The notes: generated by a model from the sequence alone, not told the origin. Shown: positions 1 to 10,228, counted from the first letter of the stretch. The stretch: DNA of 32,000 bases from Candidatus Kuenenia stuttgartensis (GCF_900232105.1 NZ_LT934425.1:450001-482000), one strand, 5' to 3'. Numbers and translations: made by a program.

Positions 1-3000
1 AAGATGACATTGAGGCTTTAACACAACTGCGTGACAAATTAAACACATATTGCAATGCTGTAAACAAGCCCATAGGAAATACAAAAATAAGTTTTGTAAA
101 GGCGCTTGGCGGTGCTTTACAAATTACTGAAGGTATGCAAACAACTTCACTATTTAATTTTGCACCAATGGTTGAGTGGCCGGAATCCAACTATAAAAAT
201 GCGCGGATGCTCGTTGAAGAACTGGACCGATATTTAGAGGAAGCTGGTCCACCGGCACGAAATTGTTTCAAAGATAGTCGGTTGGATGAATCCCTACCTT
301 CTCAACGCCAATACATAGAAAATATTTTGAAAGAAGCTTATACACTAACAAAAGAGTTAATAGGTAAAACTACTGTACTTGCAGAATCTGTGAAATTAAA
401 AATTCCGGAAAATATTCAGGAATTGGATATGCTTATCCGTACCTCTAAACGAATTATTGAATCACCGTTTCTTGATGGTATTAAAATAGATTCCGGAAAA
501 TGGAAGGAACACAAAGACGAAATTGTTCAACTGATTGATGCCGGGTGCCGCCTCAAAGAATTGCATAAATTGTATGATGAATATCTGATCGATGACGCAT
601 GGGAACAAGACCTCTCTGAAGTCCTTCAAAATTATATTAAAAGAGGTAAAAAATGGTGGAGTTTTCTTTCTGGCAATTTTAGGCGATCTAAAGCTCGTTT
701 ACAGAGATTAAGTCGTAAGCAATTGCCTAAAAATTCAACCAAAATTATCGAAATAATAGAAGCCGTGCTGGAGAGTCAGAAGTTCTGTAAAATCTACAGC
801 AACTATGAATCATTAGGCAAAACATTATTTGGAATTCAATGGAAAGGCAAGGAATCCGATTGGGATACGTTAGAAAAACTCTTCAAATGGATCGTGGCTC
901 TTTATCAAGACATCGACAATAATGTTATACCGACAATAATTATTAACGTTATTTACGAACCAAATCTTGCTATTAGACTTAAGGAACAATTAAGTAATGT
1001 AGAGCCGTTGATACAAAAACATAATGAAGCCTTGTTTGCTGTTTCTGTTAACTTGAAATTGCAAAATGAAGATACCGATAAGAGTTATTGGGATATTTCG
1101 ATGAATTCCATGAAATGCTTTTTTGAAGAATGGCAGAGTCGTTTTGATGATTTATATAATATTGTTCGCTACAATCAGATTTCTAATAATATGAAAGACC
1201 ATGGTTTGTCTTTTATCATTGAGGTTACAAAAGAGTGGGATAAGGGCAGAGGATCGCTCGTCAGGGCATTTGATTACTGTTGGTATAATGGGCTTGTAGA
1301 AAAGGCTTATTCGGAAAATCCTTCGATAAAGTTGTTTGATAGAGTTCAGCATGAACACATCCTCAATAATTTTTCACGTCTTGATCATTTACTTTTTGAA
1401 TACAATAAAGCCAGATTAATGTTGTCTCATTGGGAGACACTGCCAAGTTTGAGTGGAGGCGGGCAACTGCAAATTATTAGCAGAGAGATTCATAAAAAGA
1501 GACGCCATATGCCAATTCGCGAATTGGTTAATCAAGCAGGGCAAGCCATACAGGCAATTAAACCAGTATTTATGATGAGTCCAATGTCTATCGCTATGTA
1601 TATTCCTCCTTCAGTATTGGAGTTTGATCTTGTAATATTTGACGAAGCCAGCCAAGTTAAACCTGTGGATGCTTTTGGCGCAATATTACGGAGTAAGCAG
1701 GCAGTTATTGTTGGGGATGACAAACAACTTCCTCCTACAAGTTTTTTTAATAGCTTGCAAAACTCTGATGATGAAGAAGACTTTGACAATCTTGGGGATA
1801 TGGAAAGTATTCTAAGTCTATTTTTGGCAAAAGGTGCGCCGGAACGTATGCTAAGGTGGCATTATCGCAGCCGTCATGAGTCACTAATTGCAGTGTCTAA
1901 TAACGAGTTTTACGACAATCGTTTGGTTGTATTTCCCAGTCCAGGCATTAATTCTAATGCAAGAGGACTCAGATTAAGACATTTTCCAAAGACTGCTTAT
2001 GACAGAGGAAAGACTTGTACTAATCAAGAAGAAGCACAGATTGTGGCACAAGCAGTTTTGGAACATGCAAAAACGTATCCGGATCATTCACTTGGAGTGG
2101 TTGCCTTTAGCGTAGCCCAACGAGATATCATTGAATTGCAACTTGAACGGTTAAGGCGAATAAATTCAAAATGTGAATCCTTTTTCAATGAAAACAAAAC
2201 AGAACCTTTTTTTATAAAAAATCTTGAAAATGTTCAAGGAGACGAGCGTGATGTAATTTTTGTCAGTATTGGATATGGAAAAACTGCTGAAGGTTATATG
2301 ACCATGAGTTTTGGCCCATTAAACCGCGAGGGAGGAGAAAGGCGATTAAATGTACTTATTTCAAGAGCAAGGCTTGCTATGGACGTATTTTCAAATTTTA
2401 TTGCGAGTGATATAGATCTAAACCGATCTAATGCCCGGGGTGTTGTATCATTAAAAAAGTTTCTTAACTATGCAGAAACAGGGAATCTTGATCAACCATA
2501 CTTAACGGACAAGGAGCCTGATTCTATTTTTGAGGAAACAGTTATTAAAGCGCTTATACAACGTGGAATAGCAGTAGAGCCACAGGTTGGCACTGCTGGA
2601 TTTTTTATAGATATTGGTGTAAAAGACCCTAGAAATCCAGGACGGTTTATTCTTGGGATAGAATGTGACGGAGCAACTTATCACAGTTCCCGATCTGCCA
2701 GGGATAGAGACAGGCTGAGACAGGAAGTCTTGGAAGGATTAGGCTGGAAACTATACAGAATATGGAGTACCGACTGGTATCGGAATCCGAAATCTGAATT
2801 GGAAAGGGTAGTAATTGCAATCAAACAGGCAAGGGAACAATCTCAGAAAACGTTGGAAACTCATAAAATATCAAGGGATGTAAGGATACATGTTGAACGT
2901 GGAGAAATCAGCAGACAAAAAGAAATTATAGATCAAAAATCAATCCCTTATACTATAACAAAATTAAATGTAATTCTTTCCGAAAAAGAACTGCATGAAT

Positions 3001-3491
3001 TATCACCAGAATATCTTTTGGATTATGTGAAGGAGGTTGTGGAGAAAGAATCTCCAGTCCATAAAGATGAGGTTATACGCAGGATCACGGAAGGCGCAGG
3101 TTTGAGAAAAGCCGGAAAACGAATACAACAGGTAGTAAACAAATCTATACATTTCGGGATACAACAACAATGCATTATAGAACGGCAAAATTTTTTGTGG
3201 TCGCCAGATATGGAAATTCCTCAAGTGAGAAATCGTACATATTTAGAAAATGCTTCGAAAAAAATTGAATGGGTCGCTCCTGAAGAAGTTTCACAAGCAA
3301 TCCTAACATCTGTGGAAACCTCTTTTTCTCTGCATACTGATGAGGCAATTCAAAATGCAGCTAAAATGCTAGGATTCCAGAGGGTTACTGAAAATTCAAA
3401 AACGATTTTTAATAAACAAATATCATTACTCCTGGAACAAGGATGGTTGCTGGAAAACAATAGGGTTCTTTCGATAGGGAAAAATATATAA
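1..3491 (+). CDS. SF1 DNA/RNA helicase, 5'-truncated by window edge, with C-terminal Vsr/MTES_1575-like PD-(D/E)XK nuclease region and DUF3320-like tail
   Basis: Frame 3 is open from base 3 into the listed ORF at 135 (DDIEALTQLRDKLNTYCNAVNKPIGNTKISFVKALGGALQITEGMQTT...), so 135 is probably not the true start. Motifs: VIFDEASQVKP (Walker B), VIVGDDKQLPP (motif III), ERMLRWHYRSRHESLI, ENVQGDERDVIF, NVLISRAR (motif VI). C-terminal GFFIDIGVKDPRNPGRFILGIECDGATYHSSRSARDRDRLRQEVLEGLGWKLYRIWSTDW is Vsr-like. Confidence 0.9.
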   Translation, partial: DDIEALTQLRDKLNTYCNAVNKPIGNTKISFVKALGGALQITEGMQTTSLFNFAPMVEWPESNYKNARMLVEELDRYLEEAGPPARNCFKDSRLDESLPSQRQYIENILKEAYTLTKELIGKTTVLAESVKLKIPENIQELDMLIRTSKRIIESPFLDGIKIDSGKWKEHKDEIVQLIDAGCRLKELHKLYDEYLIDDAWEQDLSEVLQNYIKRGKKWWSFLSGNFRRSKARLQRLSRKQLPKNSTKIIEIIEAVLESQKFCKIYSNYESLGKTLFGIQWKGKESDWDTLEKLFKWIVALYQDIDNNVIPTIIINVIYEPNLAIRLKEQLSNVEPLIQKHNEALFAVSVNLKLQNEDTDKSYWDISMNSMKCFFEEWQSRFDDLYNIVRYNQISNNMKDHGLSFIIEVTKEWDKGRGSLVRAFDYCWYNGLVEKAYSENPSIKLFDRVQHEHILNNFSRLDHLLFEYNKARLMLSHWETLPSLSGGGQLQIISREIHKKRRHMPIRELVNQAGQAIQAIKPVFMMSPMSIAMYIPPSVLEFDLVIFDEASQVKPVDAFGAILRSKQAVIVGDDKQLPPTSFFNSLQNSDDEEDFDNLGDMESILSLFLAKGAPERMLRWHYRSRHESLIAVSNNEFYDNRLVVFPSPGINSNARGLRLRHFPKTAYDRGKTCTNQEEAQIVAQAVLEHAKTYPDHSLGVVAFSVAQRDIIELQLERLRRINSKCESFFNENKTEPFFIKNLENVQGDERDVIFVSIGYGKTAEGYMTMSFGPLNREGGERRLNVLISRARLAMDVFSNFIASDIDLNRSNARGVVSLKKFLNYAETGNLDQPYLTDKEPDSIFEETVIKALIQRGIAVEPQVGTAGFFIDIGVKDPRNPGRFILGIECDGATYHSSRSARDRDRLRQEVLEGLGWKLYRIWSTDWYRNPKSELERVVIAIKQAREQSQKTLETHKISRDVRIHVERGEISRQKEIIDQKSIPYTITKLNVILSEKELHELSPEYLLDYVKEVVEKESPVHKDEVIRRITEGAGLRKAGKRIQQVVNKSIHFGIQQQCIIERQNFLWSPDMEIPQVRNRTYLENASKKIEWVAPEEVSQAILTSVETSFSLHTDEAIQNAAKMLGFQRVTENSKTIFNKQISLLLEQGWLLENNRVLSIGKNI

Positions 3492-3666
3492 ACATTATTG
3501 GGACATCCATCTCCATCAATGATAAGCAATATTAAGGTGTTTATGGATATTTACCGTTTTTATATGTTCCAATACGCGTATAAAAGGCTGCGAATGAAGG
3601 ATGTTTTTTATAAAATGCCACAAAACAAAATCCTTTTTGTACATTTATTTTGGGAGTTTCTGTCTT

Positions 3667-4392
3667 ATGCCCATTAAATCTGATTGGATCAACGATCTTC
3701 CCAACTTCTTAATGCTTGCTGACGAGCTACATGTGGAGATAAATGCCTCAGGTGCAACTACTCGCACCAGCACCATATATAATAGCGATTGGCAGATGGT
3801 ACAAGCCAAGCGGCATCTCCTTGCCATACTAAAGCACCTGCACAAATCGTATACTCCAACAACTGCTAGCAGTTCTGAGAGCAACAAGGAACGAATCCTC
3901 TTACTTGTTTCGTTCGTACAAGGTTTGGGGCATGTTGAGACTCTCATAGCGGAGGGGCAATATATCAAAGCATGTCCAGCCATCCGCCAGGACTATGAGT
4001 TTCTAACTCGAGTTCTAGAGCTGCGGAAAGGTATTGCGAAGACAGGTGTGATACCCAATGTTAAAAACGCACCGGAAGGCAGTCAACGCTTCTATGGACA
4101 ATTGTCAAAGATTGTTCACCCGCAAGACCCAAAAATATTTTTGAATTTCCTTAAAAACTGGGAGGGAGAGTCAAACTCAATTGAAGTGTCACATCTTCCA
4201 CACTTCGTTAAGCCAATTGCCTCTCATTTGTATATGATTCATGTCTGGTTAATTTTTGAATTCACACGAGAAGCAATTCTACTTTATTCTGATGTTTGCG
4301 GCCAAAACGAAACACTTGCTCGAGCCGTTTTCGAGCTCGAGCGTGCAATTCCCATCCTTCAATCAGTTGGCATTAAGTTTCATAGAATTTAG
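3667..4392 (+). CDS. hypothetical protein (MPIKSDWINDLPNF...); the listed ORF start at 3601 is probably too early
   Basis: Open reading frame on the same strand as the helicase; no recognised domain. The stop codon lies in a repeat-like sequence (aatttaggggacactatacttaattta). Confidence 0.55.
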   Translation: MPIKSDWINDLPNFLMLADELHVEINASGATTRTSTIYNSDWQMVQAKRHLLAILKHLHKSYTPTTASSSESNKERILLLVSFVQGLGHVETLIAEGQYIKACPAIRQDYEFLTRVLELRKGIAKTGVIPNVKNAPEGSQRFYGQLSKIVHPQDPKIFLNFLKNWEGESNSIEVSHLPHFVKPIASHLYMIHVWLIFEFTREAILLYSDVCGQNETLARAVFELERAIPILQSVGIKFHRI

Positions 4393-4449
4393 GGGACACT
4401 ATACTTAATTTACTATTTTATTTTTATATAAGTTTTAGAGGACGTATAT

Positions 4450-4722
4450 ATGGAATTCCTTATTACATGGTTTTTATTTGGAATAGGTGCCGCAATGGTT
4501 GCAAATAGCAAGGGTGGAAATGCCATTAGATGGTTTTTTTTAGGTGTTATTTTTGGCCCGTTTGGATTATTGTTTTCATTCTTTTCTGGTGGCAAACAAT
4601 GCCCTTATTGTATGAGCAAAATACATAAAGATGCTGTTATATGTCCAAAATGCCAGCAAAAGATTCCATGGCATAACGGAAAATCTGAAAGAAATTACGA
4701 GCATCTTATTAATAAAAGATAA
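4450..4722 (+). CDS. small membrane protein with C-terminal zinc ribbon
   Basis: Two hydrophobic segments followed by CPYCMSKIHKDAVICPKCQQKI (CxxC...CxxC). Confidence 0.6.
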   Translation: MEFLITWFLFGIGAAMVANSKGGNAIRWFFLGVIFGPFGLLFSFFSGGKQCPYCMSKIHKDAVICPKCQQKIPWHNGKSERNYEHLINKR

Positions 4723-5107
4723 GGTGGACTGGTTTGTCAAGGGGAGAGCAAAAGAGTCACATCTTAAATATTAGCAGGGTCAAAGGGTCAAACCTTATCT
4801 ATTGACAAAAGAGCCAATAGCATAAACGTTCCAGGCATCTCTATCAGGGGCGATATCAGGCAATTCTTGTTTAAAAGGAAGATTAAACAGGGATTTATAA
4901 TAGAGGTAAATGGATTTACCTGAATATTAATCAATTCCAACATATCCTTGTAATTAAAACGGTTAAATGTATAATCGTTTTGGGAAGAAACATCAAATTG
5001 TCAATAGATTAGGTTTGCCCCCCCACGACCCACCGTAAAATATCTTGATACATTCAGTTCATTAATTTTCACAGATCTGATTTAAATAATCATACGAAAG
5101 GAGTGAA

Positions 5108-5293
5108 ATGGTGACTACTCGATTTATAGTAGATGAATCAGGTAATAAAACATCTGTTATTTTGCCGCTTGAGGATTATGAAGAACTGTTAGAAGATATT
5201 CACGACCTGACAATTATAGCCGAGCGCAAAGATGAACCATCCATTAGTCTTGAAGAACTTAAAAAAAGGTTAAAAGCCGATGGGCTCTTATAA
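5108..5293 (+). CDS. Phd/YefM-like antitoxin
   Basis: 61 aa, FIVDESGNKTSVILPLEDYEELLEDIHDLTIIAERKDEPSISLEELKKRL; overlaps the downstream RelE-like ORF. Confidence 0.8.
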   Translation: MVTTRFIVDESGNKTSVILPLEDYEELLEDIHDLTIIAERKDEPSISLEELKKRLKADGLL

Positions 5294-5543
5294 GATTGAG
5301 CCGAGGAGTTCGTTAGAACATGATCCGGGAAAAGTTGATAGACAATTTATTCCAAAGGTTCTTAATGTTATTGAAAGTCTCGCGGAGAATCCTTTTCCAG
5401 TTCAATCCGGAAAAATGAAAGGCTCTGAGTCAAGCTATCGTTTACGAGTTGGAGATTATCGTATAATTTATCAAGTCGATACTGATAATAAGAGGGTAAT
5501 TATTTATCATGTTCGACATAGAAGGGATGCTTATAAGAGGTAA
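5280..5543 (+). CDS. RelE/ParE-family toxin
   Basis: 87 aa, MKGSESSYRLRVGDYRIIYQVDTDNKRVIIYHVRHRRDAY is a classic RelE core; 14-bp overlap with the antitoxin. Confidence 0.87.
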   Translation: MGSYKIEPRSSLEHDPGKVDRQFIPKVLNVIESLAENPFPVQSGKMKGSESSYRLRVGDYRIIYQVDTDNKRVIIYHVRHRRDAYKR

Positions 5544-5596
5544 AACATTACTGACTCGAGAACGATATGTTGAAATACCAACCGAGACGACAGCAG

Positions 5597-5657
5597 AATT
5601 CAGGGGACACCATATTTAATTATTGACGCAGTAATTAAGTATGGTGTCCCCTGAATT
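5597..5657. repeat. REP-like palindrome (AATTCAGGGGACACCATAyTTAATTA arms)
   Basis: Arms 5597-5622 and 5632-5657 are 26 bp with one mismatch and a 9-nt loop. A related single arm occurs at 4386-4412. Confidence 0.8.
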
Positions 5658-5665
5658 TAATCACC

Positions 5666-6919
5666 CTACTTAAATAAATTCAAATATGGCTCAAAGAGGA
5701 AAAGGCGATAGCGGGTCTTGCCGCTTACCTCTTTCAAAATGCCTTGTTGCACAAACAGGTTAACCAGTCCATTAGCGGCTTTTGTGCTTAGGTTGCATAT
5801 TTCCTCTGCCTGCTTTACATGGATAAAAGGCTCTTTGAACAGATATGAGAGCAAAACGAGCGCTGTATGGGCGCGTCTGCCTGCTGTATTACGTAAGGTG
5901 TTTTCTACATTTTCTTTTAATTTTAATATTTCCGAAAGTGTGTTGGATGCCTGCCGGGCTGTTTCATCCACACCTGTCAAAAAATACTTTAACCAGTGTA
6001 TCAGGTCATTTTTTTCCCGCACACGGGTCAGGTTGTCGTAATACAGACTTTTATTTTTCTCAAAAAATACCGAGAGATAAAGAAGGGGCTGTTGCAATAT
6101 TTTTTTGCTTACCAAATAGAGTGTGATCAGCAACCGGCCTATTCGTCCGTTGCCATCCAAAAAAGGGTGTATGGTTTCAAATTGATAATGAGCAATACCG
6201 ATACGGATAAGTGCGGGTACGTGTATGTCTTCGTTGTGTAAAAAATTTTCGAGATCACCCATTAATTCATTGACGTAAGGCACTGTAAATAAATAAAGGT
6301 ATCAAGTAGATCAATTTCATGCTCTGGAAACATGCAATCAAGGCTTCAAAGTGAGACGTTAATTTATTTACAGCGCCTAAGTATACGCCGGCGGAATAAA
6401 TACTGCATCATTCAAACTTGCTCCGCCAATCCAGTTTTGACTTTTGCGAAATGCACCTGGCATTTTATGTTTTCCTCTCACTCCTGGGAGGAGTCTCTCA
6501 TGGGTTTTACAGAGCAGCCTGGATGAAAGCGGGAGTTTTTCCAAGTCTTTTATTGCATGTTTCATGGCCTCCGAATAGTTGCGTACTTCCAGCCAATCGT
6601 TCCGCCTTTCAGGGTTTATTTCCTCTTCCGGCAATAAAGCTTCGTCAATGTTGGTTTGCGTACCTTCAATCCGGCTTGAAATAACGGCCTCTTTGGTGAC
6701 GTGTAATTGAATAAACAGGTCAATATTGGGCACCAGCCGTGCAAAGGAGTTAAGTTCGCCTAAGCTGATAGATGCTTTTTCCAGTAAAGTGCTGAGTTGG
6801 GCATCCTTCCACTGCCATTGATTATTGATAGGCTCTGGCACAAAATAGCTGTAGCCGGTACCTTTCTCAAAATGACCCGCTCTGAAGGATTCTATATCGA
6901 GTGTCTTTTTCATTATCAC
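5666..6919 (-). pseudogene. Fic family protein, interrupted by a ~100-bp insertion
   Basis: N-terminal part 6377-6919 (SRIEGTQTNIDEALL, GAFRKSQNWIGGASLNDAVFIPPAYT*) and C-terminal part 5666-6283 (VNELMGDLENFLHN...HPFLDGNGRIGRLL Fic motif, C-terminal wHTH) are in the same frame. Removing the insert restores FIPPAYTYVNELMGDLENFLHN. Confidence 0.9.
6278..6377. mobile_element. short MITE-like insertion with imperfect terminal inverted repeats and flanking TA
   Basis: Left end aggcactgtaaataaataaaggtatca; right end reverse complement ggcgctgtaaataaattaacgtctca. TA at 6276-6277 and 6378-6379. Confidence 0.75.
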
Positions 6920-7293
6920 CTTAGGAAAGTAAATTTATTTTCAAATAAGTTTACTTTAACTTGAAAAAGTAAACTTATCAATATTTAAGTTTACTTTCCT
7001 TCCGGTAGTTTTATTTGGGATAAGTTGTTTTTTATCAAAGCATTAAGTGTAATTTCCTCATCAATCTGTTTTTAAGGCAATAAACCTTTCAGTAAAATTA
7101 AAATCATCTTCATCATCAGGCAAGCCGATGTATCTGCATTGTCTTTCGTATATCGCTTTCATTTTCGTTACTGGCAGATGTAAAGGGTTACAAAAAACCT
7201 GGAGTGTACCCGTGTCGAACCCAGGCAAGGTGATCCGGGGTTAGTTGTGCTGCCGCTACATTATTATCACTATTTTTATGGCGCCCTGAACCT

Positions 7294-7860
7294 TTACTTT
7301 AGATTATGCCGTCCACTTGCCGGGTCAAATTCCCGCTGGACATCATCTCTTTCCTGACGGCCAAGTCTGTTCCAAGTGGTTTTACTTCCCGGATGAGTAG
7401 TCGTATCAAACCCGTTCTGTGCGCTTATACCCACGAGATCGCTGATTATAAATCTATCGTGAAAGTTATCCCATATGAAGACATCAGCGAATAATCCTGC
7501 AGATAGCAATGAACTTGAAAGTGCGTGAAAACAACTTTTCCAATCGCTTTCAGGTAAAACTTGTCGAGAACGACCTGACCTTACATAACAAACCCTGTGA
7601 ATTTCGATAGGTGGAGCAGGAGAGCGTCCTGCCATAGACGAAAAAACCCTTTGTAAATCTTGATACCGGGGTTTCGTAGGGTCAAGATGTGGATCAATAA
7701 ACATCATCGAGTTGGCACACTTAAGTATAAGTTTAAAATTATCTATGTAAGAAGAGATGTAACGGGTGTATTCCCGATTTTTTGTAAAAAAGAAAGCCGT
7801 TGACTGATATTTTACTTGAATGTGTGTAAATTCATGGAGAGAGCATTCAAAATTATTCAT
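7294..7860 (-). CDS. hypothetical protein, possibly PLD-like phosphodiesterase-type (HDR motif) or fragment
   Basis: VFIWDNFHDRFIISDLVGISAQNGFD...; start MNNFECSLHEF preferred over the upstream repeat-derived extension. Confidence 0.4.
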   Translation of the reverse strand: MNNFECSLHEFTHIQVKYQSTAFFFTKNREYTRYISSYIDNFKLILKCANSMMFIDPHLDPTKPRYQDLQRVFSSMAGRSPAPPIEIHRVCYVRSGRSRQVLPESDWKSCFHALSSSLLSAGLFADVFIWDNFHDRFIISDLVGISAQNGFDTTTHPGSKTTWNRLGRQERDDVQREFDPASGRHNLK

Positions 7861-7870
7861 TATAACGTGA

Positions 7871-7939
7871 ACCCACCCCCTTACCCCTCCCAAGAGGGGA
7901 CTCCAAGTATTCCCCTCTTGGGAAGACTAAAGGGTGGGT
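7871..7939. repeat. imperfect inverted repeat
   Basis: acccacccccttacccctcccaagagggga / tcccctcttgggaagactaaagggtgggt. Confidence 0.65.
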
Positions 7940-8521
7940 AATGAGTCCGCTTATGGCCATGAAAAATTGCTGCCAAAATTTACAAAAAATCGGGAATGCT
8001 CCCAACTTAATTGGTTGGAATAACCGTATTGGAGGCTTCAAAGAGGTAAAATAAAGGAGAATACCTGCGGTAAGGGGCTATGTTAGAGGCACAGCAAGAG
8101 GGTGGAAAAATCATATTAATACCAAAAACCCTCGTTAACAGTGCACCGGTACAAAAACTTACTGAACACGAACAAAATATCCTAGCTACAACAGCCGAGG
8201 ATTAAACACCGCAGAAATACGGATGGCCGTTAAGGCTGGTCTTATTGACCATGATACAAGCGTACTGGTGGCACAAGAATTGGCAGAAGGGCGAAAGAGA
8301 GGCCGAAAAAGACATTACGGCAGAACGTGTTTCCGGGGCTGTATGATACTATTGAAGACACGCTAAAGGAATAGCGTTCTTATATTCCATGGCAAATAAT
8401 ATACGTTGGACACAGTGTTTTAAAAAAGATTTTCAGTTCCTTCCGGAGTATAAAAAAAATACCGGCTAACAAAACAATTGCAATTGCTCCAGTCGATCCT
8501 TCTTGTTGGCTATATCTTATG

Positions 8522-9613
8522 CTAATACCGTGGCTTCGCCGGATAAATACGCCATTTTTGGGAGGGGTGTTTGTAAAACTCCGTTTTGATACCACAAAAC
8601 GGTTCTGTCCGTGCAAGCAGCATGGATTGGTCTTTTCCCGAGAGTTTTTCAAACTGTTGCGCATATGAAACATTTTCTTTAAGCTGTTCAATGCTGTCCA
8701 TACCAGAAACCAACGTGCTTACCGACTGACTCCATGCATAATATAAGCATTCTTTTATGGTTGCCACTTTATCTTCCAGTAATACTCCATTTGCCGTTGT
8801 TTTCATTGCGAGGATTCCAATGTCATACTTTACGGCTTCCGGAATGACCAGTTTAATAAAACTCAAATAATGCGGATCTACAAGATTTATCGGCATCTGC
8901 ACAGTTTCCAGGAGATGGTGGTATTTTTGAATGACATTCACCAGCGCTTCCGAATTCCGATGTCCGGTAACTCCCACATGGCGTATCTTTCCTTCTTTTT
9001 TGGCATTGATAGCCGCCTCAATAGCCCCGCCCTTGCTAAAAATGGATTCAACATCCTCCATCGTTTGCACGTCGTGAAATTGCCATAAATCAAGGCAATC
9101 AGTTTGTAATCGCCGGAGGCTTTCGTGCAATTCTTTTGAAGCGGCAACTCTGTCTCGTGCTCGCGTTTTTGTCATGATAAATGCCCCGTCACGCCTATCT
9201 TTGAGCGCTTTTCCAATTCTTATCTCGCTGTCACCATTATTGTAAGACCAGGCAGAATCAAAGAAATTAACGCCTTCATCCAGTGCGGCATGAATCATTC
9301 GGACGGCATAATGTTCATCTTTCATCCGACCGATGTGATATCCACCAACACAGAGCATGGAAACCATTCCTTCGGTTTTTCCCAAACGGCGTTTTGGCAC
9401 ACCTCCCCCTTTTCCAGCTTCTGAGGGAGAAGATACTTTTTCTCCGGGGAACATCGTATTTATACTTTCCGGAAAGTTCAAACCAAAGGCAACTGCAAAA
9501 GACCCTTTGAGAAAATTCCTGCGATTAGTAAGTTTATCGTTCTCAAGTGCCATTTTAAGAATTTTATAAAATATGTTTTCTGTATACATGGTTTTATTGG
9601 AGACACATCCCAT
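8522..9613 (-). CDS. aldo/keto reductase family protein with Tat-like signal
   Basis: RRNFLKGSFAVAFGLNF twin-arginine signal; KRRLGKTEGMVSMLCVGGYHIGR, DEGVNFFDSAWSYNNGDSEIRIGKAL. Probable start MALENDKLTNRRNF downstream of the listed start. Confidence 0.88.
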   Translation of the reverse strand: MGCVSNKTMYTENIFYKILKMALENDKLTNRRNFLKGSFAVAFGLNFPESINTMFPGEKVSSPSEAGKGGGVPKRRLGKTEGMVSMLCVGGYHIGRMKDEHYAVRMIHAALDEGVNFFDSAWSYNNGDSEIRIGKALKDRRDGAFIMTKTRARDRVAASKELHESLRRLQTDCLDLWQFHDVQTMEDVESIFSKGGAIEAAINAKKEGKIRHVGVTGHRNSEALVNVIQKYHHLLETVQMPINLVDPHYLSFIKLVIPEAVKYDIGILAMKTTANGVLLEDKVATIKECLYYAWSQSVSTLVSGMDSIEQLKENVSYAQQFEKLSGKDQSMLLARTEPFCGIKTEFYKHPSQKWRIYPAKPRY

Positions 9614-9866
9614 TTATCAGTCTTCCCCGTGGCCTTAATTTAAATATCCTATCAAGTTTCCGCTCCATTTTCTTTATAAAACTTTGACTGCCAATGGAAC
9701 GACCACTCCCTGTATGCGATTTGCTCCATCTTTTTCCCTCAACAATCGCAATCTCCTCCGGCGTGAGGTCGTGGAGATGTATATAAGGTATAACACCCCC
9801 CCGCCCCTTAAATCCCCTCTTTTTAGAGGAGATTTCTAACTTATTTGCTAAACTGCATGCGTACAA
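9594..9866 (-). pseudogene. degraded fragment, possibly the C-terminus of a REP-associated (IS200-like) transposase
   Basis: TGSGRSIGSQSFIKKMERKLDRIFKLRPRGR resembles the C-terminal tail of RAYT-like proteins; no catalytic region visible. Confidence 0.35.
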
Positions 9867-9869
9867 AGG

Positions 9870-10228
9870 TTATCGTTTTCCATACATCGGCTGCTGAAAG
9901 ATTATGATCGCTGCCTGGTCCATAAGCATGGATGGGGGTATCCGGTATTCCATACTCTACTATACAGAAGATATCTCCATCTACTCTTTTCGAAAAAAAA
10001 ACTCTTTGTTAAAAACCGGCATTGTGTACCCTTCCAGTATGGAACCGACTCCATCACTATTTTTCCCATGACACCTTGCACACTTCCCTGAAAAAATATA
10101 CGTACCCCTCTCCAGTGATGATTTATCGCTCGCGGCAAATGGATTCCTTTTTACGAGGTATTCCTCCGGAGCTTTTCTAACCGGGTGTGACCCCCCGCAA
10201 ATACCGTTACCGGCACTATCAATACAAA
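9870..10228 (-). pseudogene. frameshifted small cytochrome c, paralogue of the 15187-15669 gene
   Basis: Reverse strand reads PEEYLVKRNPFAASDKSSLERGTYIFSGKCARCHGKNSDGVGSILEGYTMPVFNKEFFF, then in another frame EKVDGDIFCIVEYGIPDTPIHAYGPGSDHNLSAADVWKTITFVRM. Co-linear with IPEKYLAIKNPYAG...CAKCHGENGDGVGGILEGFALPVFNKEFF...GPDSGDNLSADDIWKAIIFVRE. Confidence 0.8.

Noticed and set aside
7084-7162. Short minus-strand peptide MKAIYERQCRYIGLPDDEDDFNFTERFIALK...
   Set aside because: Looks coding-like, but the frame breaks in a poly-T run after about 30 codons and I cannot assign a family. Kept as an unassigned possible remnant.
8041-8400. Fragmentary coding-like sequence (e.g. AEIRMAVKAGLIDHDTSVLVAQELAEGRKRGRKRHYG)
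   Set aside because: Broken frames and no domain I recognise; not enough to call a pseudogene of a named family.
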